A program made the translations under genes and the position numbers. From NCBI GenBank assembly GCA_041690035.1, contig JBDNFC010000016.1, forward strand, positions 113,092 to 177,091: 64,000 bases of DNA, read 5' to 3'. Shown here piece by piece: positions 10,120 through 19,111 of this stretch. The stretch is from Bacteroidia bacterium. GTDB lineage: Bacteria > Bacteroidota > Bacteroidia > NS11-12g > UBA955. Under the pieces are notes generated by a model. That model was not told where the DNA came from, searched no databases, and saw only the letters and a program-made list of their open reading frames with translations. Numbering within the stretch: the first letter of the stretch is position 1; each line of letters opens with the position of its first letter.

Positions 10120-11352
10120 TTAAATAAAAACACCATCAATCATCACTTTTTTTGCGTGAATTTCACCAAAACTATAAGGATAGTAGGAGAGGTGTTCTTG
10201 TTTTTTCGTAAAGATAAAGTTAGCGTATTTACCTACACTTATGCTGCCCATTTTGTCTGAAAGTTCTACTGCAGCAGCAGCATTTATTGTTAAGGCATTA
10301 AAAGCTGCTTGGGGAGTTAGCCCCATTTGAGTGCAAGCCAAACTCCAAGCAAACCATAAATTACCACTTGGTGAGCTACCAGGATTATAGTCTGAAGCAA
10401 TTGCTATTGCTAAATTATTTTTTAACATTTCTAAAGCAGGTGCATATTGCATTTTAAGGAAATAAGAACATTGCGGTAATATCACTGCTAGCGTATCTTT
10501 AGTTTTTAATTCATCCATTTCTTCTTGGTTTAAATACTCTAAATGGTCTACACTTAAAATATTATTTTTTGCAGCTAGCAGTGCGCCCCCGCTGTTTCCT
10601 AATTGATTGCCATGTAGCTTTGTTTTTATTCCATATTTTAGCCCTGCATCAATAATATTTTGAGTATCAGCAATAGAAAAAAAGCCTTTTTCACAAAAAG
10701 CGTCTATATAATCAATATTACAAAGTTTATTTAACTTTGGTAACCATTTATTAATAACTTCATTTACATAAGATGCGCTATCTCCATTGAAATTTTTTGG
10801 CAATGCATGTGCCGCCAAATAAGTTGTTTTTATTGAAATAGGCAATTCCTTTTTTAATCTATTAATCACATTTAGCATTTTTAATTCGTTTGCAAAATCT
10901 AATCCATACCCACTTTTTATCTCTAATGCTCCTGTGCCCATTTTTATCAATTTCCACGCGCGTGCTAGTGATATTTCAAATAATTCATCCTCAGTTATAG
11001 CTTTAATGGTCGCAGCAGAGCTTAAAATGCCTCCACCAGCGGCTGCAATTTCAGCATAAGTTTTACCAGCTATTTTTAATTCAAATTCTTTTTCTCTACT
11101 TTTTGCATATACAATATGGGTGTGCGAATCTATAAAACATGGCATAACTTCTGCACCATCTGCATCAATAATTTCCTCTATATGTGTTGGCTTTTCTAGC
11201 GTATGCCCAAAGGATGTAATTAGTCCATTTTCAACTAAAAGATAAGCGTTTTCAATACTTTCCACTTCATTCATTTGCGCTCCTTTTAGCACTTTTATGT
11301 CTGATGCTAAAATTCCCGTTAATTTTCCTATATTTTGGATTAATATTTGCAT
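10120..11352 (-). CDS. hutI: Imidazolonepropionase
   Basis: DSHTH, EIKSGYGL, SVDHLE and ASDYNPGSSP motifs. The sequence shows CAT at 11350-11352 and TTA at 10120-10122, so the gene is on the minus strand; the track's + label is wrong. Confidence 0.95.
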   Translation of the reverse strand: MQILIQNIGKLTGILASDIKVLKGAQMNEVESIENAYLLVENGLITSFGHTLEKPTHIEEIIDADGAEVMPCFIDSHTHIVYAKSREKEFELKIAGKTYAEIAAAGGGILSSAATIKAITEDELFEISLARAWKLIKMGTGALEIKSGYGLDFANELKMLNVINRLKKELPISIKTTYLAAHALPKNFNGDSASYVNEVINKWLPKLNKLCNIDYIDAFCEKGFFSIADTQNIIDAGLKYGIKTKLHGNQLGNSGGALLAAKNNILSVDHLEYLNQEEMDELKTKDTLAVILPQCSYFLKMQYAPALEMLKNNLAIAIASDYNPGSSPSGNLWFAWSLACTQMGLTPQAAFNALTINAAAAVELSDKMGSISVGKYANFIFTKKQEHLSYYPYSFGEIHAKKVMIDGVFI

Positions 11353-11371
11353 AATTTATTAAAATAATTTA

Positions 11372-11878
11372 ATGCCAAATATAAAAAATAATTTCAATAT
11401 TCACAAGAGTGTTTTTGTGGCACCAAACGCTACACTTATTGGCAATTGCAATATAGGCGAGGATAGTTCTATTTGGTTTGGAGCTGTTTTAAGAGGAGAT
11501 AATGATTTGATAACTATAGGAAAATACTCAAACATTCAAGATTTATGTGTGATTCATGTAGATCCTAAAAAGCCAGTTATTATTGGCAATCATTGCACTA
11601 TAGGCCATCGGGCTATTGTGCATGGTTGCGTAATTGGAAATAATGTGCTTGTGGGCATGGGAGCCATATTGATGAATAATTGTGTTATTGGAGATAATTG
11701 TATCATAGGTGCAGGAGCATTGGTAACAGAGCATACAATTATCCCAGCAAATAGTATGGTTATAGGTATGCCGGCCAAGGTAAAAAGAGCTTTAACAGAA
11801 AATGAAGTAAAAGCTATTGAAAATAACGCTGCAGTTTATTGCGTACAAGCAAAAAAATATATTTTCAATGAAAAGTAA
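11372..11878 (+). CDS. Gamma carbonic anhydrase family (hexapeptide repeat) protein
   Basis: IWFGAVLRGD, SNIQD.CVIH, IGH.AIVHGC and VGMGAILM motifs. Confidence 0.93.
   Translation: MPNIKNNFNIHKSVFVAPNATLIGNCNIGEDSSIWFGAVLRGDNDLITIGKYSNIQDLCVIHVDPKKPVIIGNHCTIGHRAIVHGCVIGNNVLVGMGAILMNNCVIGDNCIIGAGALVTEHTIIPANSMVIGMPAKVKRALTENEVKAIENNAAVYCVQAKKYIFNEK
11376..11406 (-). promoter_or_regulatory. Full sigma-A promoter for hutI (TTG-N20-TATATTTG) embedded in the gamma-CA coding start
   Basis: Reverse complement of 11404-11406 is TTG and of 11376-11383 is TATATTTG, with a 20-nt spacer. Confidence 0.7.
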
Positions 11879-11926
11879 TCGTTGCTTAAATCATTTTATA
11901 AACATGAATATTGGATTTTAAAACAG

Positions 11927-11934
11927 TATTTTTG
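11927..11934 (+). promoter_or_regulatory. -7 box (TATTTTTG) for the lptF/G operon
   Basis: Consensus match 11 nt upstream of ATG 11946. Confidence 0.6.
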
Positions 11935-11945
11935 CAAACCATAAA

Positions 11946-13376
11946 ATGATAAAAAAAATTCACTTGCGTTTAATTAAAGCGCTAATTGGGCCTTTTATTG
12001 CAAGTTTTGCTATTACTATGTTTCTCTTTCTAATGCATTTTTTATGGTTATACATTGATGAAATTATAGGAAAAGGTTTAAGTAGCTGGGTTTTTATAAA
12101 ACTATTAATGCTAACTACTGCTTCTTTGGTACCAATGGCCTTGCCACTTGCGGTTTTGCTTAGTGCCTTAATGGCTTATGGTGACCTTGCAGAACATTTT
12201 GAAATTGTAGCAATCAAATCTAGCGGAATATCTTTGCTCAAAACCTTATTGCCAAATTTTATATTTATAACTTTTATAGCTATTGGTGCTTTCTTTTTTG
12301 TAAATTATGTAATTCCTAGAGCCAATTTGGAGTCTAAAAGTTTGCTTTGGGATGTAAGAAATAAAAAACCAGCTTTTAATATTGAAGAGGGTGTTTTTTA
12401 TGATGATATTGAGGGTTACAGCATTAAAGTCGGTAAAAAATTAGCCGATGATGAAAGTATAGAAGATATTATAATATATGAACAAAAATATACCTCAGAG
12501 CAAATAAATGTGATTAAGGCAAAAAGTGGTAGAATGTATTTGTCTGCAAATAAAAAATTATTATACTTTACCCTCAATAATGGCATTAGGTATGAAGAAA
12601 TGACTGACCAAGCCAATTATTCAACCAATAATCAATCTAATACTACCTCTTTTGAAAAGCAAGAGATGGTTTTTGATTTATCTGCATTAGATCTTAAAAA
12701 AACAGAAAAAGAATTGTTTAAAGGTGACTATAGAATGCAGGGCCTAAATGATTTGAATGCCAATATTGATAGCACAGAAAAGGATATTGAAGAACGAAAT
12801 AATTTTCAGAAAGACTACATGAAATCATATTACCGAGTTTTTGACACTGCTGTAACATTTGTGACTATACCAGATTCAATGACAATTATAAAAGATACTG
12901 GTTTTTTGTCAAGAATACCTGTTTCAGTTCACGCTCAAGTGATTATGGCAGTGCAAAATAGCTTGCGTATGCAGCGAGATATTTGTGAAAATACTATAAA
13001 TGCAAATAAAGAAAATGAGGCCAATAGAATTTTATACCTGAGTGAGCGACATAAAAAAGTGACACTCTCAGTGCTTATTTTAATACTCTTTTTAATTGCT
13101 GCTCCTTTGGGAACTATTATAAGAAAAGGAGGCTTAGGTATGCCTTTGGTAATATCTGTAGTCATGTTTATCATTTATTATGTTGTAAATTTAATTGGAG
13201 AGAAGATGGCAAAAGAGGGGGTTTGGAACCTCACATTTGGAATGTGGTTTGCAATAGTTGTTTTTGCCCCAATTGCAATATTTATTTATTATAAAGCCGC
13301 TATAGATTCTGCTTTATTTGATGCAGATGTTTATAAAAAGTTTTTTAGAAAATTGAAATTAAAAATTGGGAAATAA
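11946..13376 (+). CDS. LptF/LptG family LPS export permease
   Basis: Three N-terminal and three C-terminal TM segments; ALPLAVLLS.LM.YG.L.E..E..AIKSSGISL and IAAPLGTIIRKGGLG motifs. Confidence 0.9.
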   Translation: MIKKIHLRLIKALIGPFIASFAITMFLFLMHFLWLYIDEIIGKGLSSWVFIKLLMLTTASLVPMALPLAVLLSALMAYGDLAEHFEIVAIKSSGISLLKTLLPNFIFITFIAIGAFFFVNYVIPRANLESKSLLWDVRNKKPAFNIEEGVFYDDIEGYSIKVGKKLADDESIEDIIIYEQKYTSEQINVIKAKSGRMYLSANKKLLYFTLNNGIRYEEMTDQANYSTNNQSNTTSFEKQEMVFDLSALDLKKTEKELFKGDYRMQGLNDLNANIDSTEKDIEERNNFQKDYMKSYYRVFDTAVTFVTIPDSMTIIKDTGFLSRIPVSVHAQVIMAVQNSLRMQRDICENTINANKENEANRILYLSERHKKVTLSVLILILFLIAAPLGTIIRKGGLGMPLVISVVMFIIYYVVNLIGEKMAKEGVWNLTFGMWFAIVVFAPIAIFIYYKAAIDSALFDADVYKKFFRKLKLKIGK

Positions 13377-14589
13377 AAAAATTTTATTGCTAAACAATAG
13401 GGTGCCGTATCCACTAAAAGATGGGGGTGCAGCAGCTACTTTTTCACTAATAAAAAATTTAGAAAAACTAGGCTATGAAGTAGATTTATTCTTTTTAAAT
13501 ACTAAAAAGCATTTTGTGAATGAAACAATTGTAAATAAGGTTTTTGGACAAAATGTAACCTTAGCAAACATTGATACAAGCCTAAGTATTTGGGGAGGTA
13601 TAAAAGCATTAATACAACAAAGGTCTTATAATCTATCGCGGTTTTATAAATATCAAATCGCACAGAAACTTATATCAATAGTAAAAAATAAGCATTACGA
13701 TATTATTCATTTTGAGAATTTATTTATGGCACCATATTTAGCAGATATTTCACGTCATAGTAATGCTAATTTTGTTCTGAGAATGCATAATGTTGAGCAT
13801 CAAATATGGGAAAAACTTGCTTTTTTTGAAAAAAATATATTAAAAAAATTATACCTTGCATATTTGTCACAGGTACTAAAAAAAGAAGAAATTATACTGA
13901 TAAATCATTTTGACGCATTGCTTCCAATAAGTTTAGAAGACCAAAATTGGGTCAAAGAATTTTCTAAATCACCTTCATATTATCTTCCTATGGGTTTTGA
14001 TTTTAATCATTCTCCATTACCCGAATTTGGCATGCGTTTTTTTCATATTGGTTCTATGGAATGGCTGCCCAATAAGAATGCAATAAATTGGTTAATAGAA
14101 GAAGTTTGGCCAATTGTTCATCAAAAAATTCCTTCAGCCTCTCTTCATCTTGCAGGCAAAGGTATGCAAAATGATTATGACAAATACGTGCATAGCAAAG
14201 AAAACAACAGTCAAATTTATATACACGGTGAGGTAGAAAATGCGCAAAATTTTATGCAAAAAAATGATATTTTATGCATTCCATTGCAGGCTGCAAGCGG
14301 ATTGAGAATTAAAGCATTAGAAGCAATGATTATTGGAAAACCTATCGTTTCTTCAGCAATAGGCATGAGTGGTTTAAAAGCAAAAGATGGGTTTAACTGC
14401 CTTATAGCTAATAATGCGCATGAATTTGCTGAAAAAATGATTTTATTAGCAACAAAAAAAGAACTGTATTTAAAAATTGCAAATAATGCTTTTGAATGGG
14501 TGGAAGAAAATTATAATAATCAAAAAATATATCAAGGTCTTTTTCGTTTTAATAATCAAATACCAAAAAATTATGCAAAAACACAATAA
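13366..14589 (+). CDS. Glycosyltransferase family 4 protein
   Basis: VPYPLKDGG N-terminus; HIGSMEWLPN and GLRIKALEAMIIGKPIVSS (EX7E-like) motifs; TTG start overlapping the lptF/G stop. Confidence 0.9.
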   Translation: MGNKKILLLNNRVPYPLKDGGAAATFSLIKNLEKLGYEVDLFFLNTKKHFVNETIVNKVFGQNVTLANIDTSLSIWGGIKALIQQRSYNLSRFYKYQIAQKLISIVKNKHYDIIHFENLFMAPYLADISRHSNANFVLRMHNVEHQIWEKLAFFEKNILKKLYLAYLSQVLKKEEIILINHFDALLPISLEDQNWVKEFSKSPSYYLPMGFDFNHSPLPEFGMRFFHIGSMEWLPNKNAINWLIEEVWPIVHQKIPSASLHLAGKGMQNDYDKYVHSKENNSQIYIHGEVENAQNFMQKNDILCIPLQAASGLRIKALEAMIIGKPIVSSAIGMSGLKAKDGFNCLIANNAHEFAEKMILLATKKELYLKIANNAFEWVEENYNNQKIYQGLFRFNNQIPKNYAKTQ

Positions 14590-16051
14590 CTCTTTTCCCT
14601 TGTTTCTTTTTAGCTTAGCAATTCTAGCAGGTTGTGGCCAAAAAGCTGGAGAAGTTAAAACATTAACTAACATTAAGATGCGTTCTGCTTATTTTAAAAA
14701 TGTACAATTTAATGTAAATGGATATTTACCTCAAGGTTTTAATCCTTTAGATACATCGATTGTAAAAAAAACAGATTGTTTTAAAATTACATATAACCAA
14801 GATAATAGCATTGTTGCTGTATCATTTGTTATCAAAAATACTATAGAAAATAGCTATCTATATGGTTTTGCTGAACGCAAATACGATTATACAGATTCTA
14901 GCATAATAATAGCTAACTATGATAAATTTGGTAAAATCATTTCGCAAGGAAAGTCAAAAGAGGGAATTAAATTAGCCTATAAAAAAATTGCAATGCAAAA
15001 TAATATGCCCATTTCAGAATTGATGTTAAACATAAATAAAACACCAGTTTTAGATGTTCCTTTACGAAAATTTGAAACCAATAAGCAAGGGCAAATAATT
15101 TGGGAAAGCAGAGTAGATGCTTATCAAAAAGTATTAGACATGTCGGGTGGGGCAAATGTTTATTTTAGAAAAACCAGTTATACCGCTAAAGGCTTGCTAG
15201 AGCTAGTGTCTTTTTATAAAGATAAGCAAACACCCATATCTGTGGATGAAATTCACGCTACAAAATATACCTACAATACAATGGGAAATATTGTAGAAAA
15301 TAGTTTTTTAAATGAAAACATGCAAGTAGAGGCAGATAAACAATCGGGCATGGCTTATCGAAAAATGGAATATGATAAATATGGATGCATGACATCTCAA
15401 ATTTTGCTTGATATATTTTTGAAACCAATTAATAATATTGATGGCTATGCAATACAGCAAAATAAGTTTGATGGAAATACAAATAATATAGAACGCCTAT
15501 TTTTTGATGCAAATAATAAACCATCTTTTAATAAAAAAATTGGTGCATTTGGCGAGAAATATGAATATACTGAAAATGGTGATATGAAAACTAAATATTT
15601 TGTCGATAATAAAGGAAACATACAGAATTCTGCTTTAAATCTATATGCTAAAACAAGCATGCTTTATGATGAAGCGGGTAACTTATTAGAAGAGTCTTTT
15701 TTTGATGCAAATGATAAGCCTGTGGTGCCAGAAGATAATTTAGCACACCTAAAAAAAATGGAGTATAGTTCACAAGGGTTATTATTAAAAAACAGTTATT
15801 TTGATATCAACAAAAAGCCTCTTTTGCTCAAAAAATGTGCTTGTGTTAGTGTGCAGTTTGAATATGACAGCATGGGCAACAATACCAAAGAAATTTACCT
15901 GAATTTGCAAAATACACCTACAAAACAAGGGAGAGAAGGTATAGCTTGGAGGACATTTAAGTACGATATTTTTGGTGAAAACACCTTGACTCAATTTTTT
16001 GATTTTAATGGCAAAGAAATTACAATAAATGGCAGTGCTCCTCTGCAGTAA
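14573..16051 (+). CDS. Lipoprotein with about 9-10 tandem ~32-aa YD-like repeats, function unknown
   Basis: Start moved to ATG 14573, which gives a signal peptide and lipobox LAGC. Repeats Y-x3-G-x6-F-x-D-x3-KP...G-x-A run from about 15179 to the C-terminus. Confidence 0.75.
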   Translation: MQKHNNSFPLFLFSLAILAGCGQKAGEVKTLTNIKMRSAYFKNVQFNVNGYLPQGFNPLDTSIVKKTDCFKITYNQDNSIVAVSFVIKNTIENSYLYGFAERKYDYTDSSIIIANYDKFGKIISQGKSKEGIKLAYKKIAMQNNMPISELMLNINKTPVLDVPLRKFETNKQGQIIWESRVDAYQKVLDMSGGANVYFRKTSYTAKGLLELVSFYKDKQTPISVDEIHATKYTYNTMGNIVENSFLNENMQVEADKQSGMAYRKMEYDKYGCMTSQILLDIFLKPINNIDGYAIQQNKFDGNTNNIERLFFDANNKPSFNKKIGAFGEKYEYTENGDMKTKYFVDNKGNIQNSALNLYAKTSMLYDEAGNLLEESFFDANDKPVVPEDNLAHLKKMEYSSQGLLLKNSYFDINKKPLLLKKCACVSVQFEYDSMGNNTKEIYLNLQNTPTKQGREGIAWRTFKYDIFGENTLTQFFDFNGKEITINGSAPLQ

Positions 16052-16057
16052 TTAGTA

Positions 16058-18388
16058 CTAAAATGGATAATCTAATCCAAAATTAAGGCAAGTTTGTTTT
16101 GTAAAAAAATTGGGGGTTGCAATATCTTTTATAATCCACCTTTCATTTATTGGCAAAGCAGGATTGTGCATTCTAATTCCCCAATCAAGTCTGATCATAA
16201 AAAACTGAAAATTTAACCTTAAACCTAATCCAGTGTTTAAAGCAGTGCTGTTAAACATATTATTGAAGCTAAATTTCTCAACTCCCTTAGTTCCTTGAGT
16301 TATATCCCAAACATTGCCTGCATCCATAAAAATTGCAAGTTCAGCTTTGTTGTCTATAAGATCAAAACGATATTCAATATTGCAAACAAACAATAATTCA
16401 CCTGTTCTTACTAAAGAAATGGTATTACTACTGTCATTATAATTTCCTGGACCCATTGCTCTGGGATTCCAACCTCTTAAACTATTTGCTCCACCTATAA
16501 AATAGCGTTTATCTATTGGCAACACTTTTCTATTAATATAGGGCAGAGCAATTCCTGTATTTATTCTATAAACAAAGGTATTGTTTTCATCAATTTTTTT
16601 AGTTAGCCTGATGTCAATATCGCTCTTTATAAATTGCGAAAAAGGCACTCCCAGCAGATTGTATGCTCCTTCAGCATCTTTTTTAAAATTAAATATTCTT
16701 GCTAAAGCAAATAGGCTGTTGCCGCCAAGTTCTAGTACATTGGCCTTAATAAACCATGTTCTTTTCTCGCTCCTCAAAGATGGTCTAAGGGTGAAATAAG
16801 ATATGTGAGATGATGCCAATAAGTTTCTGTTAAATAATAAATCGATAAACTTTTGTTGATCTGGATTTAAGCCATTATAATAACTGCGGCCAACAATAGA
16901 TCGATTGAAATTGATATCGATTGGGCAAATTTGCCAATTATTTCTCTTTGTCTTATTAATTAAATAGGTAAGGGTTAGAGGTAAAATATTTCTATTAAAA
17001 TCAGGATTGTCTTGATAAATATATGAAACACCAATTTGGGTGCTCACATTTAGTATTTTGGGATTTTTATCGATGTTTTTTAACAATCTGCTTGCAGGCA
17101 ATTTTAACCGCGCATTTACAGATTGCTCTACAAAAGTATTTGTACTTCCTCCAAATTGAGCTTGAAAACTTGTTACTGCAGATAAATCGAGTTGTTCTGC
17201 CTTCCCAAATGTATTTCTGTTAATGTATGTAAATGCATTTCCAACACCAAAATTGCCGTTATTGCTCGTTTGTCCAAGTGTAGGTATATCGTATGATATT
17301 ATGCCTTGTGGTTCTATGGTATAAGCTTGTTTTGCATGAGGAATCAAATTGATGTATAAATCTATTGTGCCCAACGTGTCCAATATATTTTGTTTAAATG
17401 AGATGTCTACAATTCTAAAAAGCCCAATTTCTGTTAGTCTAACATAAATCCTGTCTATTTCTGCTTGAGAAAAATAATTTCCTTTGGTGATTGTAATTCT
17501 TTTTTGCAATATTTCGGGATCTAATGGATAGCCATGTAACTCGTAAGAGGCATTGTTTTTTTCAATAATTTCTATCAGGTTTCTTGCGTAAGTTTCCATC
17601 AGGGGAATAGAAACATACGTTTTTCCATACACCACTCTTTGATGCGATTTATCATTTTCTGGATTTAAGATAATGGCTTCTACATTAACTTTTTTAGCCA
17701 TTGTATCTATATCAAACTCAATATACTCTTTGCCAAAATAATAATAACCAGAGTTTCTAAGCAGGTTATTTATGTTGGTTCGCTCTTTAATTAATTCATC
17801 AAAATCTATCTGATTTCCAAGGGTGATTACTTTTTTTAGATTATCTTTATGGTTAAGAATAGAATCTATATCATAGCTGCTTGAGTTTATTTGATACTTT
17901 TGAATTGTAAAAACCTCTTTTGGTGATATAAAATAAGTAACAAATGCTCTTTTTCTTCTTATGCCCTTATATTTAACACTATAACTAACCTTATTATTAA
18001 AATAACCTTTATTAAAAAAGAGCTGATTAATATTTTTAGTAGATCTTTCTATCAAATTTGTGTCTAACAATACGGGAGCCTCTCCTACCTTGTTTCTTAA
18101 AAACTTGCGCACTTTTTTTTGCTCGTTTTTATATGTTTTTCTTCTTCTAGTGCCCAAGCTATATGCCCTGACATGAAAACGGTAAATCCCCAAAATCTTT
18201 CTGTTTGGTTTTATTCTTATTTGGGCTTCAATTTCTTCAATTTGAGGTTTCTTTATTGGTTTTTCTAGCTTAATTTTGCTCCCTTTTAAAAGATACTGTC
18301 CTTTTGGGACAGCTTTATAAGGAGAACAGCCATAAAAAATAGATACAATAAATAAAATTAAAGCATGCAGGATACCATTACTCAGCAC
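16058..18388 (-). CDS. tamL: BamA/TamA (Omp85) family outer membrane protein, TamL-like lipoprotein
   Basis: POTRA-like region, YFIGGANSLRGW and C-terminal ..MIRLDWG...LNFGLDYPF. Lipobox FYGC lies 21 aa after GTG 18388 (alternative TTG 18391). The track start at 18526 is probably too long. Confidence 0.85.
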   Translation of the reverse strand: MLSNGILHALILFIVSIFYGCSPYKAVPKGQYLLKGSKIKLEKPIKKPQIEEIEAQIRIKPNRKILGIYRFHVRAYSLGTRRRKTYKNEQKKVRKFLRNKVGEAPVLLDTNLIERSTKNINQLFFNKGYFNNKVSYSVKYKGIRRKRAFVTYFISPKEVFTIQKYQINSSSYDIDSILNHKDNLKKVITLGNQIDFDELIKERTNINNLLRNSGYYYFGKEYIEFDIDTMAKKVNVEAIILNPENDKSHQRVVYGKTYVSIPLMETYARNLIEIIEKNNASYELHGYPLDPEILQKRITITKGNYFSQAEIDRIYVRLTEIGLFRIVDISFKQNILDTLGTIDLYINLIPHAKQAYTIEPQGIISYDIPTLGQTSNNGNFGVGNAFTYINRNTFGKAEQLDLSAVTSFQAQFGGSTNTFVEQSVNARLKLPASRLLKNIDKNPKILNVSTQIGVSYIYQDNPDFNRNILPLTLTYLINKTKRNNWQICPIDINFNRSIVGRSYYNGLNPDQQKFIDLLFNRNLLASSHISYFTLRPSLRSEKRTWFIKANVLELGGNSLFALARIFNFKKDAEGAYNLLGVPFSQFIKSDIDIRLTKKIDENNTFVYRINTGIALPYINRKVLPIDKRYFIGGANSLRGWNPRAMGPGNYNDSSNTISLVRTGELLFVCNIEYRFDLIDNKAELAIFMDAGNVWDITQGTKGVEKFSFNNMFNSTALNTGLGLRLNFQFFMIRLDWGIRMHNPALPINERWIIKDIATPNFFTKQTCLNFGLDYPF

Positions 18389-19111
18389 CAAATTAAATAT
18401 CTTAAAAATCTTCACCTTAAAAAATATCGTCAAAAATACTCCCAATTTTTGATTGAAGGCCATAAAATTATTAACGAGTTTAAAAAAAATGGATATTTTA
18501 TTCCAGAAATTTACTGTACTCATCAAAATTACAACCTTTACGAAAGTTTTTTAGACTCAGATTTGTTTACGACAAATGTAAATACTTTAGAGCGGTTTAG
18601 TGCGTTTAAATCAAGAGAGGATGTTATTGCCTTAGTTGATTTTAAACAAGATTTACCCGTGTTTAATTCAAAAACAAATAGTATTTGGTTAGATAATATA
18701 AGTGATCCAGGAAACTTGGGAGCAATTATGCGCATTGCAGCATGGTATGGCATAAAACAATTGGTGCTTTCACCCAATACCGTTGATGAATTTAATCCAA
18801 AAGTAATTGCAGCATCTATGGGCGCAGTGAGTAGCTTATCAATTATCAGGCAAGATTTAATTGAAATTGCTGAAAAATGCGATCAATGCATTTATGCCTG
18901 TGTGCTTGATGGCAGTAGTGTTTATGAAATTAAAGAAAAAAAAGCAGTTGTAAAACATATTGTCATTGGTAGCGAGAGTCATGGTATTAATGCTCAATTA
19001 CTTGAAAGAAATAATGTCAAAAAAATTGCGATTCCAAAACGTGGTGATTTTGATTCTTTGAATGCTGCAGTAGCTTCAGGCATTATTATTGATAGATTAT
19101 TAACTTCGTGA
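18365..19111 (+). CDS. TrmH/SpoU family RNA methyltransferase
   Basis: LDNISDPGNLGAIMRIAAWYG, IVIGSESHGI and DSLNAAVASGI SPOUT motifs. Confidence 0.93.
   Translation: MQDTITQHQIKYLKNLHLKKYRQKYSQFLIEGHKIINEFKKNGYFIPEIYCTHQNYNLYESFLDSDLFTTNVNTLERFSAFKSREDVIALVDFKQDLPVFNSKTNSIWLDNISDPGNLGAIMRIAAWYGIKQLVLSPNTVDEFNPKVIAASMGAVSSLSIIRQDLIEIAEKCDQCIYACVLDGSSVYEIKEKKAVVKHIVIGSESHGINAQLLERNNVKKIAIPKRGDFDSLNAAVASGIIIDRLLTS
18431..18438 (-). promoter_or_regulatory. Candidate -7 box (TATTTTTG) for tamL inside the trmH coding region
   Basis: Reverse complement of CAAAAATA, about 40 nt upstream of the GTG/TTG start; no -33 box found. Confidence 0.4.

Noticed and set aside
10120-11352. ORF track gives hutI on the + strand
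   Set aside because: The protein MQILIQNIG is encoded by the reverse complement (CAT at 11350-11352, TTA at 10120-10122), so the label is wrong. I found no inverted repeats suggesting a real inversion.
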